Shown here: piece after piece, positions 41,601-56,600 of the stretch
Layout: every line of letters begins with the position of its first letter
How positions within the stretch are numbered: the stretch's first letter is position 1
NCBI GenBank assembly: GCA_964057225.1
Contig: OZ059899.1
Span: 3,844,001-3,908,000 of the forward strand
Source of the DNA: Auanema rhodensis
Lineage: Eukaryota; Animalia; Nematoda
DNA length: 64,000 nucleotides
Direction: 5' to 3'
Translations under genes and position numbers: made by a program
Notes under the pieces: generated by a model
What the model was told of the DNA's origin: nothing
Database searches by the model: none
What the model saw: only the letters and a program-made list of their open reading frames with translations

Positions 41601-44600
41601 TATAGTGCATTCGATGCGGATTTTTAAGCTGCGTCGATCTGTGTTATCAGATTTGCGCTAGCTTAAAAATGCACCGAGATATCAACTGATATAAGTTCAC
41701 ACTTATATCCTCGATTTTCACCCTGAAGAATTAATTTTTTCGTTGAATAACCTTGTCCATCGTCTTTTCCTTGAAAAATGGAATCTAAAAACATCTACTT
41801 TTTGCTAAATTATTTTGAAATTTTTCGAAAAAATTTTTGTCAAAATGTTTTTGGAAGCAATGTTGAGTGTACATGGAAACTCAACATACACTAATGCATC
41901 ATTTTTCAAACGATCATAACTAATTTTTGTATTAAGCGTTTCTCAATGTAGTATAGTGCATTCGATGCGGATTTTCAAGCTGCGTCGATCTGTGTTATCA
42001 GATTTGCGCTAGCTTAAAAATGCACCGAGATATCAACTGATATAAGTTCACACATATATACCCGATTTTCACCCTGAAGAATTAATTTTTTCGTTGAATA
42101 ACATTGTCCATCGTCTTTGCCTTGAAAAAAGGAATCTAAAAACATCTACTTTTTGCTAAATTATTTTGAAATTTTTTGAAAAAATTTTTGTCAAAATGTT
42201 TTTGGAAGCAATGTTGAGTGTACATGGAAACTCAACATACACTAATGCATCATTTTTCAAACGATCATAACTAATTTTTGTATCAAGTGTTTCTCAATGT
42301 AGTATAGTGCATTCGATGCGGATTTTTAAGCTGCGTCGATCTGTGTTATCAGATTTGCGCTAGCTTAAAAATGCACCGAGATATCAACTGATATAAGTTC
42401 ACACTTATATCCTCGATTTTCACCCTGAAGAATTAATTTTTTCGTTGAATAACATTGTCCATCGTCTTTGCCTTGAAAAATGGAATCTAAAAACATCTAC
42501 TTTTTGCTAAATTATTTTGAAATTTTTCGAAAAAATTTTTGTCAAAATGTTTTTGGAAGCAATGTTGAGTGTACATGGAAACTCAACATACACTAATGCA
42601 TCATTTTTCAAACGATCATAACTAATTTTTGTATCAAGTGTTTCTCAATGTAGTATAGTGCATTCGATGCGGATTTTTAAGCTGCGTCGATCTGTGTTAT
42701 CAGATTTGCGCTAGCTTAAAAATGCACCGAGATATCAACTTTTATAAGTTTACACTTATATCCTCGATTTTCACCCTGAAGAATTAATTTTTTCGTTGAA
42801 TAACATTGTCCATCGTCTTTGCCTTGAAAAATAAAATCTAAAAACATCTACTTTTTGCTAAATTATTTTGAAATTTTTCGAAAAAATTTTTGTCAAAATG
42901 TTTTTGGAAGCAATGTTGAGTGTACATGGAAACTCAACATACACTAATGCATCATTTTTCAAACAATCGTAACTAATTTTTGTATTAAGCGTTTCTCAAT
43001 GTAGTATAGTGCATTCGATGCGGATTTTCAAGCTGCGTCGATCTGTGTTATCAGATTTGCGCTAGCTTAAAAATGCACCGAGATATCAACTGATATAAGT
43101 TCACACATATATACCCGATTTTCACCCTGAAGAATTAATTTTTTCGTTGAATAACATTGTCCATCGTCTTTGCCTTGAAAAAAGGAATCTAAAAACATCT
43201 ACTTTTTGCTAAATTATTTTGAAATTTTTCGAAAAAATTTTTGTCAAAATGTTTTTGGAAGCAATGTTGAGTGTACATGGAAACTCAACATACACTAATG
43301 CATCATTTTTCAAACGATCATAACTAATTTTTGTATTAAGCGTTTCTCAATGTAGTATAGTGCATTCGATGCGGATTTTTAAGCTGCGTCGATCTGTGTT
43401 ATCAGATTTGCGCTAGCTTAAAAATGCACCGAGATATCAACTGATATAAGTTCACACTTATATCCTCGATTTTCACCCTGAAGAATTAATTTTTTCGTTG
43501 AATAACCTTGTCCATCGTCTTTTCCTTGAAAAATGGAATCTAAAAACATCTACTTTTTGCTAAATTATTTTGAAATTTTTCGAAAAAATTTTTGTCAAAA
43601 TGTTTTTGGAAGCAATGTTGAGTGTACATGGAAACTCAACATACACTAATGCATCATTTTTCAAACGATCATAACTAATTTTTGTATTAAGCGTTTCTCA
43701 ATGTAGTATAGTGCATTCGATGCGGATTTTCAAGCTGCGTCGATCTGTGTTATCAGATTTGCGCTAGCTTAAAAATGCACCGAGATATCAACTGATATAA
43801 GTTCACACATATATACCCGATTTTCACCCTGAAGAATTAATTTTTTCGTTGAATAACATTGTCCATCGTCTTTGCCTTGAAAAAAGGAATCTAAAAACAT
43901 CTACTTTTTGCTAAATTATTCTGAAATTTTTTGAAAAAATTTTTGTCAAAATGTTTTTGGAAGCAATGTTGAGTGTACATGGAAACTCAACATACACTAA
44001 TGCATCATTTTTCAAACGATCATAACTAATTTTTGTATCAAGTGTTTCTCAATGTAGTATAGTGCATTCGATGCGGATTTTTAAGCTGCGTCGATCTGTG
44101 TTATCAGATTTGCGCTAGCTTAAAAATGCACCGAGATATCAACTTTTATAAGTTTACACTTATATCCTCGATTTTCACCCTGAAGAATTAATTTTTTCGT
44201 TGAATAACATTGTCCATCGTCTTTGCCTTGAAAAATGAAATCTAAAAACATCTACTTTTTGCTAAATTATTTTGAAATTTTTCGAAAAAATTTTTGTCAA
44301 AATGTTTTTGGAAGCAATGTTGAGTGTACATGGAAACTCAACATACACTAATGCATCATTTTTCAAACGATCATAACTAATTTTTGTATTAAGCGTTTCT
44401 CAATGTAGTATAGTGCATTCGATGCGGATTTTTAAGCTGCGTCGATCTGTGTTATCAGATTTGCGCTAGCTTAAAAATGCACCGAGATATCAACTGATAT
44501 AAGTTCACACTTATATCCTCGATTTTCACCCTGAAGAATTAATTTTTTCGTTGAATAACCTTGTCCATCGTCTTTTCCTTGAAAAATGGAATCTAAAAAC

Positions 44601-47600
44601 ATCTACTTTTTGCTAAATTATTTTGAAATTTTTCGAAAAAATTTTTGTCAAAATGTTTTTGGAAGCAATGTTGAGTGTACATGGAAACTCAACATACACT
44701 AATGCATCATTTTTCAAACGATCATAACTAATTTTTGTATTAAGCGTTTCTCAATGTAGTATAGTGCATTCGATGCGGATTTGTAAGCTGCGTCGATCTG
44801 TGTTATCAGATTTGCGCTAGCTTAAAAATGCACCGAGATATCAACTGATATAAGTTCACACATATATACCCGATTTTCACCCTGAAGAATTAATTTTTTC
44901 GTTGAATAACATTGTCCATCGTCTTTGCCTTGAAAAAAGGAATCTAAAAACATCTACTTTTTGCTAAATTATTTTGAAATTTTTCGAAAAAATTTTTGTC
45001 AAAATGTTTTTGGAAGCAATGTTGAGTGTACATGGAAACTCAACATACACTAATGCATCATTTTTCAAACGATCATAACTAATTTTTGTATTAAGCGTTT
45101 CTCAATGTAGTATAGTGCATTCGATGCGGATTTTTAAGCTGCGTCGATCTGTGTTATCAGATTTGCGCTAGCTTAAAAATGCACCGAGATATCAACTGAT
45201 ATAAGTTCACACTTATATCCTCGATTTTCACCCTGAAGAATTAATTTTTTCGTTGAATAACCTTGTCCATCGTCTTTTCCTTGAAAAATGGAATCTAAAA
45301 ACATCTACTTTTTGCTAAATTATTTTGAAATTTTTCGAAAAAATTTTTGTCAAAATGTTTTTGGAAGCAATGTTGAGTGTACATGGAAACTCAACATACA
45401 CTAATGCATCATTTTTCAAACGATCATAACTAATTTTTGTATTAAGCGTTTCTCAATGTAGTATAGTGCATTCGATGCGGATTTTTAAGCTGCGTCGATC
45501 TGTGTTATCAGATTTGCGCTAGCTTAAAAATGCACCGAGATATCAACTGATATAAGTTCACACTTATATCCTCGATTTTCACCCTGAAGAATTAATTTTT
45601 TCGTTGAATAACCTTGTCCATCGTCTTTTCCTTGAAAAATGGAATCTAAAAACATCTACTTTTTGCTAAATTATTTTGAAATTTTTCGAAAAAATTTTTG
45701 TCAAAATGTTTTTGGAAGCAATGTTGAGTGTACATGGAAACTCAACATACACTAATGCATCATTTTTCAAACGATCATAACTAATTTTTGTATTAAGCGT
45801 TTCTCAATGTAGTATAGTGCATTCGATGCGGATTTTTAAGCTGCGTCGATCTGTGTTATCAGATTTGCGCTAGCTTAAAAATGCACCGAGATATCAACTG
45901 ATATAAGTTCACACTTATATCCTCGATTTTCACCCTGAAGAATTAATTTTTTCGTTGAATAACCTTGTCCATCGTCTTTTCCTTGAAAAATGGAATCTAA
46001 AAACATCTACTTTTTGCTAAATTATTTTGAAATTTTTCGAAAAAATTTTTGTCAAAATGTTTTTGGAAGCAATGTTGAGTGTACATGGAAACTCAACATA
46101 CACTAATGCATCATTTTTCAAACGATCATAACTAATTTTTGTATTAAGCGTTTCTCAATGTAGTATAGTGCATTCGATGCGGATTTTCAAGCTGCGTCGA
46201 TCTGTGTTATCAGATTTGCGCTAGCTTAAAAATGCACCGAGATATCAACTGATATAAGTTCACACATATATACCCGATTTTCACCCTGAAGAATTAATTT
46301 TTTCGTTGAATAACATTGTCCATCGTCTTTGCCTTGAAAAAAAGGAATCTAAAAACATCTACTTTTTGCTAAATTATTCTGAAATTTTTTGAAAAAATTT
46401 TTGTCAAAATGTTTTTGGAAGCAATGTTGAGTGTACATGGAAACTCAACATACACTAATGCATCATTTTTCAAACGATCATAACTAATTTTTGTATCAAG
46501 TGTTTCTCAATGTAGTATAGTGCATTCGATGCGGATTTTTAAGCTGCGTCGATCTGTGTTATCAGATTTGCGCTAGCTTAAAAATGCACCGAGATATCAA
46601 CTGATATAAGTTCACACTTATATCCTCGATTTTCACCCTGAAGAATTAATTTTTTCGTTGAATAACATTGTCCATCGTCTTTGCCTTGAAAAATGGAATC
46701 TAAAAACATCTACTTTTTGCTAAATTATTTTGAAATTTTTCGAAAAAATTTTTGTCAAAATGTTTTTGGAAGCAATGTTGAGTGTACATGGAAACTCAAC
46801 ATACACTAATGCATCATTTTTCAAACGATCATAACTAATTTTTGTATTAAGCGTTTCTCAATGTAGTATAGTGCATTCGATGCGGATTTTCAAGCTGCGT
46901 CGATCTGTGTTATCAGATTTGCGCTAGCTTAAAAATGCACCGAGATATCAACTGATATAAGTTCACACATATATACCCGATTTTCACCCTGAAGAATTAA
47001 TTTTTTCGTTGAATAACATTGTCCATCGTCTTTGCCTTGAAAAAAAGGAATCTAAAAACATCTACTTTTTGCTAAATTATTCTGAAATTTTTTGAAAAAA
47101 TTTTTGTCAAAATGTTTTTGGAAGCAATGTTGAGTGTACATGGAAACTCAACATACACTAATGCATCATTTTTCAAACGATCATAACTAATTTTTGTATC
47201 AAGTGTTTCTCAATGTAGTATAGTGCATTCGATGCGGATTTTTAAGCTGCGTCGATCTGTGTTATCAGATTTGCGCTAGCTTAAAAATGCACCGAGATAT
47301 CAACTGATATAAGTTCACACTTATATCCTCGATTTTCACCCTGAAGAATTAATTTTTTCGTTGAATAACATTGTCCATCGTCTTTGCCTTGAAAAATGAA
47401 ATCTAAAAACATCTACTTTTTGCTAAATTATTTTGAAATTTTTCGAAAAAATTTTTGTCAAAATGTTTTTGGAAGCAATGTTGAGTGTACATGGAAACTC
47501 AACATACACTAATGCATCATTTTTCAAACGATTATAACTAATTTTTGTATTAAGCGTTTCTCAATGTAGTATAGTGCATTCGATGCGGATTTTTAAGCTG

Positions 47601-50600
47601 CGTCGATCTGTGTTATCAGATTTGCGCTAGCTTAAAAATGCACCGAGATATCAACTGATATAAGTTTACACTCATATCCTCGATTTTCACCCTGAAGAAT
47701 TAATTTTTTCGTTGAATAACATTGTCCATCGTCTTTGCTTTGAAAAAAGGAATCTAAAAACATCTACTTTTTGCTAATTTATTTTGAAATTTTTCGAAAA
47801 AATTTTTGTCAAAATGTTTTTGGAAACAATGTTGAGTGTACATGGAAACTCAACATACACTAATGCATCATTTTTCAAACGATCATAACTAATTTTTGTA
47901 TTAAGCGTTTCTCAATGTAGTATAGTGCATTCGATGCGGATTTTTAAGCTGCGTCGATCTGTGTTATCAGATTTGCGCTAGCTTAAAAATGCACCGAGAT
48001 ATCAACTGATATAAGTTCACACTTATATCCTCGATTTTCACCCTGAAGAATTAATTTTTTCGTTGAATAACATTGTCCATCGTCTTTGCCTTGAAAAATG
48101 GAATCTAAAAACATCTACTTTTTGCTAAATTATTTTGAAATTTTTCGAAAAAATTTTTGTCAAAATGTTTTTGGAAGCAATGTTGAGTGTACATGGAAAC
48201 TCAACATACACTAATGCATCATTTTTCAAACGATCATAACTAATTTTTGTATTAAGCGTTTCTCAATGTAGTATAGTGCATTCGATGCGGATTTTCAAGC
48301 TGCGTCGATCTGTGTTATCAGATTTGCGCTAGCTTAAAAATGCACCGAGATATCAACTGATATAAGTTCACACATATATACCCGATTTTCACCCTGAAGA
48401 ATTAATTTTTTCGTTGAATAACATTGTCCATCGTCTTTGCCTTGAAAAAAAGGAATCTAAAAACATCTACTTTTTGCTAAATTATTCTGAAATTTTTTGA
48501 AAAAATTTTTGTCAAAATGTTTTTGGAAGCAATGTTGAGTGTACATGGAAACTCAACATACACTAATGCATCATTTTTCAAACGATCATAACTAATTTTT
48601 GTATCAAGTGTTTCTCAATGTAGTATAGTGCATTCGATGCGGATTTTTAAGCTGCGTCGATCTGTGTTATCAGATTTGCGCTAGCTTAAAAATGCACCGA
48701 GATATCAACTTTTATAAGTTTACACTTATATCCTCGATTTTCACCCTGAAGAATTAATTTTTTCGTTGAATAACATTGTCCATCGTCTTTGCCTTGAAAA
48801 ATGAAATCTAAAAACATCTACTTTTTGCTAAATTATTTTGAAATTTTTCGAAAAAATTTTTGTCAAAATGTTTTTGGAAGCAATGTTGAGTGTACATGGA
48901 AACTCAACATACACTAATGCATCATTTTTCAAACGATCATAACTAATTTTTGTATCAAGCGTTTCTCAATGTAGTATAGTGCATTCGATGCGGATTTTTA
49001 AGCTGCGTCGATCTGTGTTATCAGATTTGCGCTAGCTTAAAAATGCACCGAGATATCAACTGATATAAGTTTACACTCATATCCTCGATTTTCACCCTGA
49101 AGAATTAATTTTTTCGTTGAATAACATTGTCCATCGTCTTTGCTTTGAAAAAAGGAATCTAAAAACATCTACTTTTTGCTAATTTATTTTGAAATTTTTC
49201 GAAAAAATTTTTGTCAAAATGTTTTTGGAAACAATGTTGAGTGTACATGGAAACTCAACATACACTAATGCATCATTTTTCAAACGATCATAACTAATTT
49301 TTGTATTAAGCGTTTCTCAATGTAGTATAGTGCATTCGATGCGGATTTTTAAGCTGCGTCGATCTGTGTTATCAGATTTGCGCTAGCTTAAAAATGCACC
49401 GAGATATCAACTGATATAAGTTCACACTTATATCCTCGATTTTCACCCTGAAGAATTAATTTTTTCGTTGAATAACCTTGTCCATCGTCTTTTCCTTGAA
49501 AAATGGAATCTAAAAACATCTACTTTTTGCTAAATTATTTTGAAATTTTTCGAAAAAATTTTTGTCAAAATGTTTTTGGAAGCAATGTTGAGTGTACATG
49601 GAAACTCAACATACACTAATGCATCATTTTTCAAACGATCATAACTAATTTTTGTATTAAGCGTTTCTCAATGTAGTATAGTGCATTCGATGCGGATTTT
49701 CAAGCTGCGTCGATCTGTGTTATCAGATTTGCGCTAGCTTAAAAATGCACCGAGATATCAACTGATATAAGTTCACACATATATACCCGATTTTCACCCT
49801 GAAGAATTAATTTTTTCGTTGAATAACATTGTCCATCGTCTTTGCCTTGAAAAAAAGGAATCTAAAAACATCTACTTTTTGCTAAATTATTCTGAAATTT
49901 TTTGAAAAAATTTTTGTCAAAATGTTTTTGGAAGCAATGTTGAGTGTACATGGAAACTCAACATACACTAATGCATCATTTTTCAAACGATCATAACTAA
50001 TTTTTGTATCAAGTGTTTCTCAATGTAGTATAGTGCATTCGATGCGGATTTTTAAGCTGCGTCGATCTGTGTTATCAGATTTGCGCTAGCTTAAAAATGC
50101 ACCGAGATATCAACTGATATAAGTTCACACTTATATCCTCGATTTTCACCCTGAAGAATTAATTTTTTCGTTGAATAACATTGTCCATCGTCTTTGCCTT
50201 GAAAAATGGAATCTAAAAACATCTACTTTTTGCTAAATTATTTTGAAATTTTTCAAAAAAATTTTTGTCAAAATGTTTTTGGAAGCAATGTTGAGTGTAC
50301 ATGGAAACTCAACATACACTAATGCATCATTTTTCAAACGATCATAACTAATTTTTGTATTAAGCGTTTCTCAATGTAGTATAGTGCATTCGATGCGGAT
50401 TTTCAAGCTGCGTCGATCTGTGTTATCAGATTTGCGCTAGCTTAAAAATGCACCGAGATATCAACTGATATAAGTTCACACATATATACCCGATTTTCAC
50501 CCTGAAGAATTAATTTTTTCGTTGAATAACATTGTCCATCGTCTTTGCCTTGAAAAAAAGGAATCTAAAAACATCTACTTTTTGCTAAATTATTCTGAAA

Positions 50601-53600
50601 TTTTTTGAAAAAATTTTTGTCAAAATGTTTTTGGAAGCAATGTTGAGTGTACATGGAAACTCAACATACACTAATGCATCATTTTTCAAACGATCATAAC
50701 TAATTTTTGTATCAAGCGTTTCTCAATGTAGTATAGTGCATTCGATGCGGATTTTCAAGCTGCGTCGATCTGTGTTATCAGATTTGCGCTAGCTTAAAAA
50801 TGCACCGAGATATCAACTGATATAAGTTCACACATATATACCCGATTTTCACCCTGAAGAATTAATTTTTTCGTTGAATAACATTGTCCATCGTCTTTGC
50901 CTTGAAAAAAAGGAATCTAAAAACATCTACTTTTTGCTAAATTATTCTGAAATTTTTTGAAAAAATTTTTGTCAAAATGTTTTTGGAAGCAATGTTGAGT
51001 GTACATGGAAACTCAACATACACTAATGCATCATTTTTCAAACGATCATAACTAATTTTTGTATCAAGTGTTTCTCAATGTAGTATAGTGCATTCGATGC
51101 GGATTTTTAAGCTGCGTCGATCTGTGTTATCAGATTTGCGCTAGCTTAAAAATGCACCGAGATATCAACTGATATAAGTTCACACTTATATCCTCGATTT
51201 TCACCCTGAAGAATTAATTTTTTCGTTGAATAACATTGTCCATCGTCTTTGCCTTGAAAAATGAAATCTAAAAACATCTACTTTTTGCTAAATTATTTTG
51301 AAATTTTTCGAAAAAATTTTTGTCAAAATGTTTTTGGAAGCAATGTTGAGTGTACATGGAAACTCAACATACACTAATGCATCATTTTTCAAACGATTAT
51401 AACTAATTTTTGTATTAAGCGTTTCTCAATGTAGTATAGTGCATTCGATGCGGATTTTTAAGCTGCGTCGATCTGTGTTATCAGATTTGCGCTAGCTTAA
51501 AAATGCACCGAGATATCAACTGATATAAGTTTACACTCATATCCTCGATTTTCACCCTGAAGAATTAATTTTTTCGTTGAATAACATTGTCCATCGTCTT
51601 TGCTTTGAAAAAAGGAATCTAAAAACATCTACTTTTTGCTAATTTATTTTGAAATTTTTCGAAAAAATTTTTGTCAAAATGTTTTTGGAAACAATGTTGA
51701 GTGTACATGGAAACTCAACATACACTAATGCATCATTTTTCAAACGATCATAACTAATTTTTGTATTAAGCGTTTCTCAATGTAGTATAGTGCATTCGAT
51801 GCGGATTTTCAAGCTGCGTCGATCTGTGTTATCAGATTTGCGCTAGCTTAAAAATGCACCGAGATATCAACTGATATAAGTTCACACATATATACCCGAT
51901 TTTCACCCTGAAGAATTAATTTTTTCGTTGAATAACATTGTCCATCGTCTTTGCCTTGAAAAAAAGGAATCTAAAAACATCTACTTTTTGCTAAATTATT
52001 CTGAAATTTTTTGAAAAAATTTTTGTCAAAATGTTTTTGGAAGCAATGTTGAGTGTACATGGAAACTCAACATACACTAATGCATCATTTTTCAAACGAT
52101 CATAACTAATTTTTGTATCAAGTGTTTCTCAATGTAGTATAGTGCATTCGATGCGGATTTTTAAGCTGCGTCGATCTGTGTTATCAGATTTGCGCTAGCT
52201 TAAAAATGCACCGAGATATCAACTTTTATAAGTTTACACTTATATCCTCGATTTTCACCCTGAAGAATTAATTTTTTCGTTGAATAACATTGTCCATCGT
52301 CTTTGCCTTGAAAAATGAAATCTAAAAACATCTACTTTTTGCTAAATTATTTTGAAATTTTTCGAAAAAATTTTTGTCAAAATGTTTTTGGAAGCAATGT
52401 TGAGTGTACATGGAAACTCAACATACACTAATGCATCATTTTTCAAACGATCATAACTAATTTTTGTATCAAGCGTTTCTCAATGTAGTATAGTGCATTC
52501 GATGCGGATTTTTAAGCTGCGTCGATCTGTGTTATCAGATTTGCGCTAGCTTAAAAATGCACCGAGATATCAACTGATATAAGTTTACACTCATATCCTC
52601 GATTTTCACCCTGAAGAATTAATTTTTTCGTTGAATAACATTGTCCATCGTCTTTGCTTTGAAAAAAGGAATCTAAAAACATCTACTTTTTGCTAATTTA
52701 TTTTGAAATTTTTCGAAAAAATTTTTGTCAAAATGTTTTTGGAAACAATGTTGAGTGTACATGGAAACTCAACATACACTAATGCATCATTTTTCAAACG
52801 ATCATAACTAATTTTTGTATTAAGCGTTTCTCAATGTAGTATAGTGCATTCGATGCGGATTTTTAAGCTGCGTCGATCTGTGTTATCAGATTTGCGCTAG
52901 CTTAAAAATGCACCGAGATATCAACTTTTATAAGTTTACACTTATATCCTCGATTTTCACCCTGAAGAATTAATTTTTTCGTTGAATAACATTGTCCATC
53001 GTCTTTGCCTTGAAAAATGAAATCTAAAAACATCTACTTTTTGCTAAATTATTTTGAAATTTTTCGAAAAAATTTTTGTCAAAATGTTTTTGGAAGCAAT
53101 GTTGAGTGTACATGGAAACTCAACATACACTAATGCATCATTTTTCAAACGATCATAACTAATTTTTGTATCAAGCGTTTCTCAATGTAGTATAGTGCAT
53201 TCGATGCGGATTTTTAAGCTGCGTCGATCTGTGTTATCAGATTTGCGCTAGCTTAAAAATGCACCGAGATATCAACTGATATAAGTTTACACTCATATCC
53301 TCGATTTTCACCCTGAAGAATTAATTTTTTCGTTGAATAACATTGTCCATCGTCTTTGCTTTGAAAAAAGGAATCTAAAAACATCTACTTTTTGCTAATT
53401 TATTTTGAAATTTTTCGAAAAAATTTTTGTCAAAATGTTTTTGGAAACAATGTTGAGTGTACATGGAAACTCAACATACACTAATGCATCATTTTTCAAA
53501 CGATCATAACTAATTTTTGTATTAAGCGTTTCTCAATGTAGTATAGTGCATTCGATGCGGATTTTTAAGCTGCGTCGATCTGTGTTATCAGATTTGCGCT

Positions 53601-56600
53601 AGCTTAAAAATGCACCGAGATATCAACTGATATAAGTTCACACTTATATCCTCGATTTTCACCCTGAAGAATTAATTTTTTCGTTGAATAACATTGTCCA
53701 TCGTCTTTGCCTTGAAAAATGGAATCTAAAAACATCTACTTTTTGCTAAATTATTTTGAAATTTTTCGAAAAAATTTTTGTCAAAATGTTTTTGGAAGCA
53801 ATGTTGAGTGTACATGGAAACTCAACATACACTAATGCATCATTTTTCAAACGATCATAACTAATTTTTGTATCAAGTGTTTCTCAATGTAGTATAGTGC
53901 ATTCGATGCGGATTTTTAAGCTGCGTCGATCTGTGTTATCAGATTTGCGCTAGCTTAAAAATGCACCGAGATATCAACTTTTATAAGTTTACACTTATAT
54001 CCTCGATTTTCACCCTGAAGAATTAATTTTTTCGTTGAATAACATTGTCCATCGTCTTTGCCTTGAAAAATGAAATCTAAAAACATCTACTTTTTGCTAA
54101 ATTATTTTGAAATTTTTCGAAAAAATTTTTGTCAAAATGTTTTTGGAAGCAATGTTGAGTGTACATGGAAACTCAACATACACTAATGCATCATTTTTCA
54201 AACGATCATAACTAATTTTTGTATTAAGCGTTTCTCAATGTAGTATAGTGCATTCGATGCGGATTTTTAAGCTGCGTCGATCTGTGTTATCAGATTTGCG
54301 CTAGCTTAAAAATGCACCGAGATATCAACTGATATAAGTTTACACTCATATCCTCGATTTTCACCCTGAAGAATTAATTTTTTCGTTGAATAACATTGTC
54401 CATCGTCTTTGCTTTGAAAAAAGGAATCTAAAAACATCTACTTTTTGCTAATTTATTTTGAAATTTTTCGAAAAAATTTTTGTCAAAATGTTTTTGGAAA
54501 CAATGTTGAGTGTACATGGAAACTCAACATACACTAATGCATCATTTTTCAAACGATCATAACTAATTTTTGTATTAAGCGTTCTTCAATGTAGTATAGT
54601 ACATTCGATCCGGATTTTTAAGCTGCGTCGATCTGTGTTATCAGATTTGCGCTAGCTTAAAAATGCACCGAGATATCAACTGATATAAGTTCACACTTAT
54701 ATCCTCGATTTTCACCCTGAAGAATTAATTTTTTCGTTAAATAACATTGTCCATCGTCTTTGCCTTGAAAAAAGGAATCTAAAAACATCTACTTTTTGCT
54801 AAATTATTCTGAAATTTTTCGAAAAAATTTTTGTCAAAATGTTTTTGGAAGCAATGTTGAGTGTACATGGAAACTCAACATACACTAATGCATCATTTTT
54901 CAAACGATCATAACTAATTTTTGTATTAAGCGTTTCTCAATGTAGTATAGTGCATTCGATGCGGATTTTCAAGCTGCGTCGATCTGTGTTATCAGATTTG
55001 CGCTAGCTTAAAAATGCACCGAGATATCAACTGATATAAGTTCACACTTATATCCTCGATTTTCACCCTGAAGAATTAATTTTTTCGTTGAATAACATTG
55101 TCCATCGTCTTTGCCTTGAAAAATGAAATCTAAAAACATCTACTTTTTGCTAAATTATTTTGAAATTTTTCGAAAAAATTTTTGTCAAAATGTTTTTGGA
55201 AACAATGTTGAGTGTACATGGAAACTCAACATACACTAATGCATCATTTTTCAAACGATCATAACTAATTTTTGTATTAAGCGTTCTTCAATGTAGTATA
55301 GTACATTCGATCCGGATTTTTAAGCTGCGTCGATCTGTGTTATCAGATTTGCGCTAGCTTAAAAATGCACCGAGATATCAACTGATATAAGTTCACACTT
55401 ATATCCTCGATTTTCACCCTGAAGAATTAATTTTTTCGTTAAATAACATTGTCCATCGTCTTTGCCTTGAAAAAAGGAATCTAAAAACATCTACTTTTTG
55501 CTAAATTATTCTGAAATTTTTCGAAAAAATTTTTGTCAAAATGTTTTTGGAAGCAATGTTGAGTGTACATGGAAACTCAACATACACTAATGCATCATTT
55601 TTCAAACGATCATAACTAATTTTTGTATTAAGCGTTTCTCAATGTAGTATAGTGCATTCGATGCGGATTTTCAAGCTGCGTCGATCTGTGTTATCAGATT
55701 TGCGCTAGCTTAAAAATGCACCGAGATATCAACTGATATAAGTTCACACTTATATCCTCGATTTTCACCCTGAAGAATTAATTTTTTCGTTGAATAACAT
55801 TGTCCATCGTCTTTGCCTTAAAAAATGAAATCTAAAAACATCTACTTTTTGCTAAATTATTCTGAAATTTTTCGAAAAAATTTTTGTCAAAATGTTTTTG
55901 GAAGCAATGTTGAGTGTACATGGAAACTCAACATACACTAATGCATCATTTTTCAAACGATCATAACTAATTTTTGTATTAAGCGTTTCTCAATGTAGTA
56001 TAGTGCATTCGATGCGGATTTTCAAGCTGCGTCGATCTGTGTTATCAGATTTGCGCTAGCTTAAAAATGCACCGAGATATCAACTGATATAAGTTCACAC
56101 ATATATACCCGATTTTCACCCTGAAGAATTAATTTTTTCGTTGAATAACATAGTCCATCGTCTTTGCCTTGAAAAAAGGAATCTAAAAACATCTACTTTT
56201 TGCTAAATTATTCTGAAATTTTTTGAAAAAATTTTTGTCAAAATGTTTTTGGAAGCAATGTTGAGTGTACATGGAAACTCAACATACACTAATGCATCAT
56301 TTTTCAAACGATCATAACTAATTTTTGTATCAAGTGTTTCTCAATGTAGTATAGTGCATTCGATGCGGATTTTTAAGCTGCGTCGATCTGTGTTATCAGA
56401 TTTGCGCTAGCTTAAAAATGCACCGAGATATCAACTGATATAAGTTCACACTTATATCCTCGATTTTCACCCTGAAGAATTAATTTTTTCGTTGAATAAC
56501 ATTGTCCATCGTCTTTGCCTTGAAAAATGGAATCTAAAAACATCTACTTTTTGCTAAATTATTTTGAAATTTTTCGAAAAAATTTTTGTCAAAATGTTTT

